NCBI GenBank assembly: GCA_035626515.1
Contig: DASPNM010000017.1
Location: 77,399 to 141,398 of the forward strand
Direction: 5' to 3'
Source of the DNA: Chitinophagaceae bacterium
GTDB taxonomy: Bacteria; Bacteroidota; Bacteroidia; Chitinophagales; Chitinophagaceae
DNA: 64,000 nucleotides
Part shown: positions 27,969 to 36,943 of the stretch, piece after piece
Layout: each line of letters begins with the position of its first letter
How positions within the stretch are numbered: position 1 is the stretch's first letter
Translations under genes and position numbers: made by a program
Notes under the pieces: model-generated
What the model was told of the DNA's origin: nothing
Databases searched by the model: none
What the model saw: only the letters and a program-made list of their open reading frames with translations

Positions 27969-29192
27969 TCAGCTATCCATCTCCCCCGCGATCAGGTTCA
28001 GGCTGCTCAGCGTAATGATGGCGTCGCTGAGCATACTTCCTTTCACGAGTTCTTCAAATGCCTGGTAATAAATAAAACAGGGGCGGCGGAAATGCAGCCG
28101 GTAAGGGGTGCGACCGCCATCACTGATCAGGTAAAAGCCCAGCTCGCCGTTTCCGCCCTCCACCGAATGATAGACTTCGCCCACGGGCATGTTAATCTCT
28201 CCCATGATGATTTTGAAATGCCAGATCAGCGCCTCCATTTTCGTGTATACATCTTCCTTGGGCGGAAGATAATACTCCGGAACATCCGCGTGGTACACGT
28301 CCGCCTCCGCACCTTTAAAATCCTGCACCTTGCGGTAGGCCTGCTTGATAATGCTCAGGCTTTGCCACATCTCCTGTTCGCGCACCATCCATCGGTCGTA
28401 GTTATCGCCCGTTGTACCGACCGGGATAATAAACTCAAAATCTTCGTAGCTGCAGTAGGGACTGTGCACGCGCACGTCGTAGTCCACGCCCGCCGCGCGC
28501 AGGTTGGGGCCCGTGAACCCGTAATTCAGCGCGCGTTCAGCGCTGATGGTGCCGGTTCCTTGTAATCGCTCCATGAAAATGCGATTGCGCTGGAACAGGT
28601 TTTCAAATTCCCGGAGCGCCTGTGGGTATTCCTCCAGGAATTTCTCAAGCTTTTGAAAAGCGATGTCGTTAAAATTTCTTTCGAAGCCTCCGATGCGGCC
28701 AATGTTGGTGGTCAGGCGCGAGCCGCAGACTTCTTCCCAGATCTCGTAGATGAGCTCGCGGTACTGCATCAGGTACAAAAATCCCGTGTAAGCCCCGGTG
28801 TCTACGCCCACGATGGAATTACAGATGAGATGGTCTGCGATCCGGGCGAGCTCCATGATGATCACCCGCAGGTAGTCTACCCGCTTCGGAGTCGATATTT
28901 TCAGGAGCTTCTCGCAGGTAGTGTGCCAGCCCATGTTGTTGATGGGCGACGAGCAGTAATTGAGCCGGTCGGTGAGGGGCGTGATCTGGTAAAGCGGTCG
29001 CCGTTCCGCTATTTTTTCGAAAGCACGATGAATGTAGCCGATGGTTTGTTCTGCGGACACAATGCGCTCGCCGTCGAGCTCCAGGATATTTTGAAAAACG
29101 CCGTGCGTCGCCGGGTGGGTCGGCCCCAGGTTCAGCGTCGTGGTGGTCTTTTCAATGCTGCCTTCCGGCAGCTTTATATGGTGCTCAGGCAT
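27969..29192 (-). CDS. nuoD: NADH-quinone oxidoreductase subunit D
   Basis: 407 aa. NLGPTHPATHGV and the C-terminal RRPCF...L....M.SD motifs. Confidence 0.95.
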   Translation of the reverse strand: MPEHHIKLPEGSIEKTTTTLNLGPTHPATHGVFQNILELDGERIVSAEQTIGYIHRAFEKIAERRPLYQITPLTDRLNYCSSPINNMGWHTTCEKLLKISTPKRVDYLRVIIMELARIADHLICNSIVGVDTGAYTGFLYLMQYRELIYEIWEEVCGSRLTTNIGRIGGFERNFNDIAFQKLEKFLEEYPQALREFENLFQRNRIFMERLQGTGTISAERALNYGFTGPNLRAAGVDYDVRVHSPYCSYEDFEFIIPVGTTGDNYDRWMVREQEMWQSLSIIKQAYRKVQDFKGAEADVYHADVPEYYLPPKEDVYTKMEALIWHFKIIMGEINMPVGEVYHSVEGGNGELGFYLISDGGRTPYRLHFRRPCFIYYQAFEELVKGSMLSDAIITLSSLNLIAGEMDS

Positions 29193-29213
29193 GCCTGTTT
29201 CCCGGTTTCATGT

Positions 29214-29825
29214 TTAAACGATTTCCCTTCCTTCCGTTCCCGGCTTGTCCGCCTCCGCGAGCGTAGACTGGCCGTGATCGGTTCGCTCCGTGCCGAAGCC
29301 CAGCATTCCGCCGCGACCGAACATCTCGTCGTCTTTGTCGATGCGCGTCTGGTCTTCCAGCGGGTATTCCTTCCGCATCGGGAAATAATCCATTTCATCC
29401 ACGTTCAAAATGCGCTTCAGGTTCGGATGCCCGACGAAGTTGATGCCGTAAAAATCATAAGTCTCCCGCTCCAGCCAGTTGGCAGCGGAAAAAAGCCCGG
29501 TGGCGGTGTACACGTCGGGCTGGTTGACATCTGTAAAAATCTTTAACCGGATGCGCACGTTGTCAACAAGATTGTGCAGATGATACACCACCGCGAGTTC
29601 GCGCCCTTTGCTGTGCGGATAATGCACGCCTGCCAGCGTGGTAAGAAAGCGGAATTTCAACTCCTCGTCGTCATAGAGAAAATTCAGCACTTTCAGGTTC
29701 AGGTCCTTGGGCACTTCGAATGTGAGCATGCCGTAAGGCTCTGAAAAATTGCCGACCTGGTCGCCAAACTTTTCAATCAAACGTTGTTTTATGTAGTCGT
29801 TTGTCAGTGCCAAAGTCAATCCCAA
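29214..29825 (-). CDS. nuoC: NADH-quinone oxidoreductase subunit C
   Basis: About 203 aa. ERETYDFYGI..GHP motif. The codon at 29825 is TTG, so the exact start is uncertain. Confidence 0.88.
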   Translation of the reverse strand: MGLTLALTNDYIKQRLIEKFGDQVGNFSEPYGMLTFEVPKDLNLKVLNFLYDDEELKFRFLTTLAGVHYPHSKGRELAVVYHLHNLVDNVRIRLKIFTDVNQPDVYTATGLFSAANWLERETYDFYGINFVGHPNLKRILNVDEMDYFPMRKEYPLEDQTRIDKDDEMFGRGGMLGFGTERTDHGQSTLAEADKPGTEGREIV

Positions 29826-29840
29826 GTATGTTGACCAGAA

Positions 29841-30425
29841 TTACTGGATACCGTAGCTCTCGAGCAGGGCTTTGTATTGCTCACTGTTTCGCCGCCGCAC
29901 GCTTTCTTTACCAACGAGTTCCTGCACGAGCAGGATACCGTCGATGATCGCCTCCGGCCGGGGCGGACAACCGGGAACATAGACGTCAACCGGAACCACC
30001 TGGTCAATTCCCTGCAGCACGCTGTAGGTATCGAAGATCCCTCCGCTGCAGGCGCAGGCTCCGACTGCCATTACCCATCTTGGCTCCGCCATTTGCAGGT
30101 AGACCTGCTTTACCACCGGCCCCATCTTCTTCGCGATGGTTCCCATAACCATCAGCAAATCGCATTGCCTTGGCGAAAATCCCACGCGCTCCGAACCAAA
30201 CCTCGCGAGATCGTAGTGCGAACCCATCGTCGCCATGAATTCGATCCCGCAGCAGGAAGTTGCAAAAGGAAGGGGCCAGATCGAGTTTTTGCGCGCGAGC
30301 CCGACAACCTTATCGAGCGTAGTCGCAAAAAAGCCTTCCCCCATGCTGCCTTCCGGCATTTCCGCGATGCTGATGTCCGGTTCAAGCGGCTTTTTGATCA
30401 GGTTGTATGCAACTGGACGAGCCAT
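29841..30425 (-). CDS. nuoB: NADH-quinone oxidoreductase subunit B
   Basis: 194 aa. N2 cluster ligands (SCCGIEF, GACACSGG, VPGCPP). Confidence 0.95.
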   Translation of the reverse strand: MARPVAYNLIKKPLEPDISIAEMPEGSMGEGFFATTLDKVVGLARKNSIWPLPFATSCCGIEFMATMGSHYDLARFGSERVGFSPRQCDLLMVMGTIAKKMGPVVKQVYLQMAEPRWVMAVGACACSGGIFDTYSVLQGIDQVVPVDVYVPGCPPRPEAIIDGILLVQELVGKESVRRRNSEQYKALLESYGIQ

Positions 30426-30444
30426 TGTTTGTTTTTTGCAGCAG

Positions 30445-30837
30445 TCAGTCTTCCCATTTCAATGCGCCTTTTTTCACTATATAAAAAAAACCGCACAGAA
30501 AAAACCCGACGAACATCATTACGGCCCAAAAACCATTCCACCCCAGTCCCTTGAAGTTCACGGCGTAAGGATAAAAGAAAATAACCTCCACGTCGAAGAG
30601 CACAAAAAGGATAGCCGTCAGAAAATACTTGATGGCCATGGGCTGGCGGGCGTCTCCGTGCGACTCAATGCCGCTCGCGAAATTCTGCAGCTTGTCTGCG
30701 GTTCTCCGTTTTGGCCCCAGCAGGTGCGTCACCAGCAAAAGCAGGCTCACCAGACCGGCGGCGAACAGCACCTGGATGAGCACGGGCACGTAACTCGCGG
30801 CGTCATCGGAAAGGCTGGTCTGCAGAAGCTGGAACAT
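30445..30837 (-). CDS. nuoA: NADH-quinone oxidoreductase subunit A
   Basis: 130 aa, 3 TM helices. FDVEVIFFYP motif. First gene of the operon. Confidence 0.9.
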   Translation of the reverse strand: MFQLLQTSLSDDAASYVPVLIQVLFAAGLVSLLLLVTHLLGPKRRTADKLQNFASGIESHGDARQPMAIKYFLTAILFVLFDVEVIFFYPYAVNFKGLGWNGFWAVMMFVGFFLCGFFYIVKKGALKWED

Positions 30838-30988
30838 CCTTTTTGTTTCGGCCGCAAAAATAAGACGGGCACCCCAAATTACCTGATGAAATGCGGCGTT
30901 ATACGCTGATTTTGATTAGTCTTTTGCTAAAAACAACGATCCCCGCCTTGCGGCAGGGACCATTCCGAGTAAAAGAAGAAAACCGAGC

Positions 30989-32725
30989 TTAATTTCTTAC
31001 GACCGTTTTTGTTCGAGGCGTCACCTTTGTCGACTTCGTCGAAGAGGTTTTGTTGCTCTTCGGCGGAGTGGAAGGCCGGGCCGGTTTTTCCATATCAGCA
31101 ATGTATTTCTTGATCGTTTCGTTGTTCGGGTCCATCGCGAGCATCTTTCTCAGGTACACCAGGGCATTCTCGCGGTCCTTCGCGATATTGGCATAGTACT
31201 GCGCCAGGTATCCCGCAGTGCTGATGATGTTCGTCCGGTATTTCACCGTATCGCGCTCGAGGAACTCCAGGTACTTTTTTGCCGGCTCCACTGCGAGGCC
31301 TTTTTCCATCGTGCTGTCCTGAGCACGGTAGTTGTTGAATATCCACTGGTGGCCGAATACTTCTTCGGGCCATTTCTCTGCATAAGTCCGGAATATCTGG
31401 AGCGAACGCTCATAGTTTTTACCCTGGTAATATGCCAGGCCTGCGTCGAAATGATCCCGCTGGCCGGGGTTCGGCTTGATCTTGAGGATCTCGGTACGCA
31501 GATCACCTTCCAGGTTACGGCTCACGCTGTCGCCCAGCGTCTTGAAGAACTCAGCTCCCTCTTTGAGGAAATCAAGTTTTCCGGTAAGCGTCGTGTCCAG
31601 CGCCACGCCCTGGATGTAGGTCTGGTAAACTTCGCGCGGCTGACCGCCCGTCTTGGCAAGGACGCTTGCCTTCAGCTTGTAATCGAATGCGATCAGGTCC
31701 TCAGGCTTCTCTTTTGCGAAATAGAGATCGACGTAACGTTTCGCGCTGCTGTAATCGCCTTTCTCGAAGCTGGCGTCCGCCAGAAGTTTATACACCCTCG
31801 GCTTCGTTTGATCCCCCTTGGCGCGTATTACGGCCTCACCCTTCGCGATCGCGCAGTCAAAGTCTTTCTTCACCCAGCAAAGCTGGCCGTAAAGAAACTC
31901 ATCCTGAATATCCGTCTCCGGCAGCTTGCTTTCGATGTATTTCTTGAGGTAATCTTCCGCCTCCGGGTATTTCTGGCGGAAGAAATTATAATAAAAAAGC
32001 TCGTAGTACCCGAGGGTAAATTTCGGATCGCGTGAAACCGCTTCATTTAAATACTTCAGCACTTCTTCCGAGTTGCGCTGCGACTGGAAGATCTTGGCCA
32101 GCCTTACGGCGGCGACGGCAAATGCCGGATTTACCTCGAGTGCCCTTTTATACGTCGCGAAAGCATCGCTTCCTCCCTCACCGGGACGAGCCTTGCGGTA
32201 CGCGTTTCCAAGCTGGAGCAGCGTTTCCGTGTTACGCGGATCTTTTTCAGCCGCAATCTTGAGTTTGTCAACCGCATACTGCGGATCACCCGCTTTCGCG
32301 TCCACGTTGGCGCGACCAATGGCGGTAAGCACTACCGGATCATCTCCTTTTTTTCCGCGGCTCGCGGTGATCGCCTGCTCAAACTTCATGCGGGCATCGG
32401 CCGGCTTGTTGTCCAGCAGATCCGCATGCCCGAGGCCCACCAGCAGAAGCGGGGCATTTCCGTTCGTCTGCAGGGATTTTTCATACAGCTGCCGGGCAGC
32501 GGCGTTGTTGTCCATGTCAAAATAGACCTGTCCCAGCCAGTAGATCGCTTCGATGTTGTTAGGATTCGTCGCGAGTATCTTCTGGAATACGGACTCGGCG
32601 GTCTTAAACCTGTCTGCATACAGGTGGTTCATTCCTTCCTGTATGGTTTGTGCTTTCAATCCGGAAACGAAAAGCATCCCGGACAAGAAAAGACTTATGG
32701 TGGTTTTCTTCATTTTACTTCTCAT
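30989..32725 (-). CDS. Exported tetratricopeptide-repeat (TPR) protein
   Basis: 578 aa. Signal peptide. Multiple TPR-like A..Y..AL...P repeats. The start may be at 32713 (MKKTT). Confidence 0.75.
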   Translation of the reverse strand: MRSKMKKTTISLFLSGMLFVSGLKAQTIQEGMNHLYADRFKTAESVFQKILATNPNNIEAIYWLGQVYFDMDNNAAARQLYEKSLQTNGNAPLLLVGLGHADLLDNKPADARMKFEQAITASRGKKGDDPVVLTAIGRANVDAKAGDPQYAVDKLKIAAEKDPRNTETLLQLGNAYRKARPGEGGSDAFATYKRALEVNPAFAVAAVRLAKIFQSQRNSEEVLKYLNEAVSRDPKFTLGYYELFYYNFFRQKYPEAEDYLKKYIESKLPETDIQDEFLYGQLCWVKKDFDCAIAKGEAVIRAKGDQTKPRVYKLLADASFEKGDYSSAKRYVDLYFAKEKPEDLIAFDYKLKASVLAKTGGQPREVYQTYIQGVALDTTLTGKLDFLKEGAEFFKTLGDSVSRNLEGDLRTEILKIKPNPGQRDHFDAGLAYYQGKNYERSLQIFRTYAEKWPEEVFGHQWIFNNYRAQDSTMEKGLAVEPAKKYLEFLERDTVKYRTNIISTAGYLAQYYANIAKDRENALVYLRKMLAMDPNNETIKKYIADMEKPARPSTPPKSNKTSSTKSTKVTPRTKTVVRN

Positions 32726-32751
32726 ATTAGGGATTGTAAATATAAAATTGT

Positions 32752-33678
32752 TTACTCTTTCAGCCGAACCCGCCGGATCTCGAATGTCATGAATACCGGG
32801 GCCAGGTAGGCACGCCTGAATATCAATTGTCCGATTTCGCCGCTCATAAAATCTGCAAAGCCATGTCCCAGTCCTTCGTGGTTTTCCTTAAGGGTATAAA
32901 CCAAATCCCGTACCATGGGGTAGCGCTTTGTGTGAATGTTTCGTTGCGTTCCGTTAACAAAAAATCCCGCCGAATCCGTGCTTTCCAAGGGTACCATTTT
33001 TACTGTTCTCAAAAACCGAAGCTGCATGCTGTCTTCGGGGTTGCCGATCCAGCTGATCCCGATGAACCCTATATAACCCCGGTTCTTCGAGACAAAATCG
33101 ATTACTCCTTCGCTGCTGCGTGCCGCTACCGCCTGTGGAGTCAGCCGCTCGCCGCGTAACACTGAATCGATGACAAAGCGAACCGTACTGGTTGCTTTGA
33201 CCCCATCAAAGACGGGAATTAAATTTTTATTAAAACTGCCTTTTAGTATTCCTTTAATATCGCTCATTGTCAACTCGTCAATTTCTTCGGCGGGATTAAC
33301 CACTACTGCGATCGCATCCCGCGCCACCGCCATGCTTGACGGAGAAATGCCCAGCGAATCGAGCATCAAATCGCGCTCGTCTTCGCTGTGCCGCCGCGTA
33401 CTGATGATCATCCGGATGCTGTCTACCAGGAAATCGCGGAAACATTCCGCCTCCGGTTTGTAGCTAACCCGGATGCGGGTGGCCGGATGATGCGACTGGT
33501 AAACTTTAACCAGCTCTTCCACGACGGGCTTGAACGATTCGTCCGCGCTCACGTAGATCAGTCCGCGTTCGCGCGTATCCGGAAGCCCTTCCTTTTGCTT
33601 GCGGAATGACCGGCAGCCAGCTAAAAGAACAGAGCAAAGAATCAGCAGTGATAAGAATTTCCCGGTGCACCCGCTCAT
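32752..33678 (-). CDS. PstS-like periplasmic substrate-binding (PBP type 2) domain lipoprotein
   Basis: 308 aa. Lipobox LLAGC. PBP-like phosphate-binding-family pattern. This gene class commonly follows tonB in Bacteroidota. Confidence 0.7.
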   Translation of the reverse strand: MSGCTGKFLSLLILCSVLLAGCRSFRKQKEGLPDTRERGLIYVSADESFKPVVEELVKVYQSHHPATRIRVSYKPEAECFRDFLVDSIRMIISTRRHSEDERDLMLDSLGISPSSMAVARDAIAVVVNPAEEIDELTMSDIKGILKGSFNKNLIPVFDGVKATSTVRFVIDSVLRGERLTPQAVAARSSEGVIDFVSKNRGYIGFIGISWIGNPEDSMQLRFLRTVKMVPLESTDSAGFFVNGTQRNIHTKRYPMVRDLVYTLKENHEGLGHGFADFMSGEIGQLIFRRAYLAPVFMTFEIRRVRLKE

Positions 33679-33679
33679 G

Positions 33680-33907
33680 TCATCCAGTTTTCCTGTAACC
33701 GCGGTACAGCCGGAATGCGCCGTACAAAATCGCCGCGATGCCGAAGATCAGCTTGAGGGTTGGGTCCAGGTCCAGCTCAAATCCGAATTTTTCATGCCAG
33801 ACGAATACGATGCCGAGTCCAAGCCAAAGAGCTCCCATTACGTAATCATAGACGGAACGCAGTGCGCTGTTGGTTCTACGCCTTCTTTCTTCCGGATCTG
33901 CCCGCAT
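33680..33907 (-). CDS. Small two-TM membrane protein (hypothetical)
   Basis: ATG at 33907 (MRADPEERRRR...) gives 75 aa with two hydrophobic helices. It sits between tonB2 and the PstS-like gene. The track ORF start at 33982 would overlap tonB2. Confidence 0.4.
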   Translation of the reverse strand: MRADPEERRRRTNSALRSVYDYVMGALWLGLGIVFVWHEKFGFELDLDPTLKLIFGIAAILYGAFRLYRGYRKTG

Positions 33908-33962
33908 GTGTCTGGTTTCAGGGGCCACCAAATTACTGAATCCCCGAGAAGCCGCAAGCCGG

Positions 33963-34760
33963 TTATTCCTCCACGCCCACAAACGTAACCGGTAATATAT
34001 AGCTCACCGCCAATGGCATCCCGTTCTGCAGCGCCGGTTGCCAGCGCGGCATACGGCGGCAGACCCGCAACACTTCGCGATCGAAAGCAGGACCTCCGGA
34101 CTGCATTACTTCGATTTGAGACACCAAACCGTCGGTGCCGACCCAAAACCGAACCAGCACGCTTTTCTTTTCACCGGTCTGCAAACCGTCGGGGGTGATG
34201 AGGTGGTTCTTCAGAAAACGCATCAATGCTTCCTCACCTCCCGGAAACTCCGGTTTTTGTTCCTGCGGACGGAAATCAGTGTTGCCAGGTGATCCCGTTA
34301 TATTGTTGTTATCAGGCAGCGAATTGCTCACCGACTGATCCACGGGACCCGTTGCGGACCTGCCGATGTCTGAAACCGGACCCGTGTCATGCGAGCTGTT
34401 CGCGAGATCCGGAAACCGGTTGCGCACCTGATCATCCGGGCGTATTTGGATCTGCGGAGTAATGATTCCCGCGGTTGGCCTGCTGCGCACACTGATCTGC
34501 GGAGGCGGTTGCGGTGGCGGGATAAAATATTCTTTCAGGATATGGCCGCCGGGAGACGGACGGAACACCGTGGGGGATTCGACAGGCTTGTTCAACAACA
34601 GCGCGAAGACGAGCCCGCCGACAAGAAGAAAAACAATCAATACGGCCAGCCACAAACGTTGATTGTATTCCCTGCGCAGCACATAGGCCCCATACCCTTT
34701 ATTTCTTCCATCAAACAGAATGTCGAGCAGGTTGGCGCGGAGAATTTGATTTTTCTCCAT
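33963..34760 (-). CDS. tonB: Energy transducer TonB (second copy)
   Basis: The N-terminus from ATG 34760 (MEKNQILRANLLDILFDGRNKGYGAYVLRREYNQR) parallels the first TonB (MEPNKILTSDFLDLLFEDRNKAYGAYELRKTYNRR). Pro-rich spacer PPPQPPPQ. C-terminal TonB domain. Confidence 0.8.
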   Translation of the reverse strand: MEKNQILRANLLDILFDGRNKGYGAYVLRREYNQRLWLAVLIVFLLVGGLVFALLLNKPVESPTVFRPSPGGHILKEYFIPPPQPPPQISVRSRPTAGIITPQIQIRPDDQVRNRFPDLANSSHDTGPVSDIGRSATGPVDQSVSNSLPDNNNITGSPGNTDFRPQEQKPEFPGGEEALMRFLKNHLITPDGLQTGEKKSVLVRFWVGTDGLVSQIEVMQSGGPAFDREVLRVCRRMPRWQPALQNGMPLAVSYILPVTFVGVEE

Positions 34761-34858
34761 GATTGCGGTTTTCAACTGAGATGCGACATTCATCATTCTC
34801 CATAAGTCCTCGCCTGATTTTACGCCCGGCATCCGGCAGCGTGGACTATTTTTGAGGG

Positions 34859-35350
34859 ATGAAAATCCTGATGGTTTGCCTGGGAAATATCTGCCGCAGC
34901 CCGCTTGCCGAAGGTATCCTTCAGCACAAGGCTGCAAATGAAGGATTGAACTGGCAGGTGGACAGCGCGGGCACGGAAAGCTATCACGTCGGTCAGCCGC
35001 CGCACCATCTCTCGCAGAAAGTGGCGCAGTGTTACGGACTTGATATCAGCAACCAGCGGGCACGACGGTTTACCGCGGATGACTTTGCAAAATACGATCT
35101 CATCTATGCGCTTTCGAAAGACGTGCTGCAGGAGATGAAGCACATCGCGGGAAAGCGCTTTGACCGGCAAAAAGTGGAATTGCTTATGAACGAGCTTTAT
35201 CCGGGACGCGATATGGATGTTCCCGATCCCTGGTACGGACCCGAGCCGGGATACCACGAAGCCTTCCGGCTGATTGATGCTGCCTGCGACGCTATTTTGA
35301 AAAAATACGGCAGTCCGCGGCCCGCGGCGGAAACGAAGGAAAGGTCCTGA
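34859..35350 (+). CDS. Low-molecular-weight protein-tyrosine phosphatase
   Basis: 163 aa. Active-site P-loop CLGNICRSP near the N-terminus and the DPWYG motif. Confidence 0.9.
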   Translation: MKILMVCLGNICRSPLAEGILQHKAANEGLNWQVDSAGTESYHVGQPPHHLSQKVAQCYGLDISNQRARRFTADDFAKYDLIYALSKDVLQEMKHIAGKRFDRQKVELLMNELYPGRDMDVPDPWYGPEPGYHEAFRLIDAACDAILKKYGSPRPAAETKERS

Positions 35351-35414
35351 ACTACCGGTCTGATGTGGGCAGTAAAAAGATTCGATTGCTCATTTCCTGT
35401 TTACTTTTGGCGAA

Positions 35415-36824
35415 ATGAAACCTTCGCTTCCGCAGGGCACACGCGATTTTGCTCCGGACACGGTTCGAAAGAGAACGTTTATCCTGGATACCATTCGGCA
35501 TGTGTTTGAACTTTACGGTTACCAGCCGCTGGAAACTCCTGCGATGGAAAACCTGGAAACCCTGATCGGGAAATATGGCGAGGAAGGCGACCGGTTAATA
35601 TTCAAAATTCTGAACAATGGACTGGATCACGTTTCAAAAAAGGATCAGGCACGCAACGATTTCGAAAAGCTGCTGGAGGGAAAAAACGTAAAAGGCATCA
35701 CCGAGCGAGCATTGCGGTACGACCTCACGATCCCCTTCGCCCGCTACGTAGCGATGAACCACCGCGAGCTGGCATTCCCCTTCAAACGTTACCAGATCCA
35801 GCCGGTATGGCGGGCGGACCGTCCGCAGAAAGGTCGCTATCGCGAATTCTTCCAGTGCGATGCGGATGTGGTAGGCAGCGATTCCCTGCTGAATGAGGTC
35901 GAGCTCGCCCAGATCTACATCGAGGTGTTCGCCCGCCTGGGGCTCGTGCATTACGAGCTTCGATTGAATCATCGGCGCATCCTTACAGCCCTGGCCGAAC
36001 TGTGCGGCGGGCCGCAGCTCATGAATACGATCGCGGCTGCGATTGACAAGCTGGAAAAACAGGGGCCGGAAAAAGTAAAAGCGGAATTGCAACAAAAAGG
36101 GCTGAACAGGGAGCAACTGCGACTGGTGGACGACTACCTGGGCATCAGCGGTTCCAATGATGAAAAGCTCACCGCACTGAAAGATCTTTTCTCGGAATCC
36201 GACGCAGGCAACCGCGGCGTGGACGAACTGGATTATGTGTTGCGCTCCATTGCGCTCGCCAGCGTGGGGAACCCCACAGCAACCGGACCGGTAGTGGATC
36301 CGACGCTCGCGCGTGGTCTCGATTACTACACCGGGATCATTTTCGAGGCGAAGCCGCCGCCCACGGTGCAGCTCGGATCGATCGGCGGCGGCGGCCGCTA
36401 CGATGACCTCACCGGGCTCTTCGGAGTGCCGGGCATACCCGGGGTAGGTATTTCATTTGGGGTAGACCGGATCTACGACGCCATGGAAGAGTTGAAGCTT
36501 TTCCCCGAATCGTTGCACATCAGCACACAGGTGCTTTTTTTCAACCTCGGTGAAGCGGAATCACGCGCGGCATTCGGACTGATGCAGGAACTGCGCTCCG
36601 CTGACATTCGCTGCGAGCTTTTCCACGAAAACGCGAAGTTTGAAAAGCAGTTCCGTTACGCGGAAAAGAAGAACATTCCTTACGTGGTGATCATTGGCGA
36701 AAAAGAACTTTCCGCGGGAGAGGCGCAGGTGAAAGATTTGAGGAACGGAACGCAGGTGGGGGTGGGGTTTGACGAGTTGCGAAAGGTGGTAGCTGATCGG
36801 TTTATTAGTGGACTGGTTCATTAG
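35415..36824 (+). CDS. hisS: Histidine--tRNA ligase
   Basis: 469 aa. Class II aaRS motifs (RYREFFQCD, GGGGRYD) and a C-terminal anticodon-binding domain. Confidence 0.95.
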   Translation: MKPSLPQGTRDFAPDTVRKRTFILDTIRHVFELYGYQPLETPAMENLETLIGKYGEEGDRLIFKILNNGLDHVSKKDQARNDFEKLLEGKNVKGITERALRYDLTIPFARYVAMNHRELAFPFKRYQIQPVWRADRPQKGRYREFFQCDADVVGSDSLLNEVELAQIYIEVFARLGLVHYELRLNHRRILTALAELCGGPQLMNTIAAAIDKLEKQGPEKVKAELQQKGLNREQLRLVDDYLGISGSNDEKLTALKDLFSESDAGNRGVDELDYVLRSIALASVGNPTATGPVVDPTLARGLDYYTGIIFEAKPPPTVQLGSIGGGGRYDDLTGLFGVPGIPGVGISFGVDRIYDAMEELKLFPESLHISTQVLFFNLGEAESRAAFGLMQELRSADIRCELFHENAKFEKQFRYAEKKNIPYVVIIGEKELSAGEAQVKDLRNGTQVGVGFDELRKVVADRFISGLVH

Positions 36825-36943
36825 TGGATTCGTTGGTTCATTCCTGGTTCGTGGGGACACAACCAGGGGATTACCGCTGTTCACTTCCACATTTACTATT
36901 TAAGATTTGATATTTACCCTCATGTCTACTATCGACTACCGAC
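36822..36943. repeat. Degenerate copy of the heptad inverted-repeat element in the hisS/thiolase convergent spacer
   Basis: The left end TAGTGGA starts with the hisS stop codon. The central hairpin pairs CCTGGTT with AACCAGG. The right end TCTACTA-TCGACTA-CCGAC has reverse complement GTCGG-TAGTCGA-TAGTAGA and contains the thiolase stop codon. Confidence 0.4.

Noticed and set aside
28653-29546. 297 aa plus-strand ORF across the nuoD/nuoC junction. Also many alternative-frame ORFs inside nuoL, nuoM, nuoN, nuoH, nuoG and nuoF (for example 16692-17354, 19380-20021, 24396-25124, 25639-26271).
   Set aside because: All overlap canonical complex I subunit genes in other frames or on the other strand. 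None has a signal of its own.
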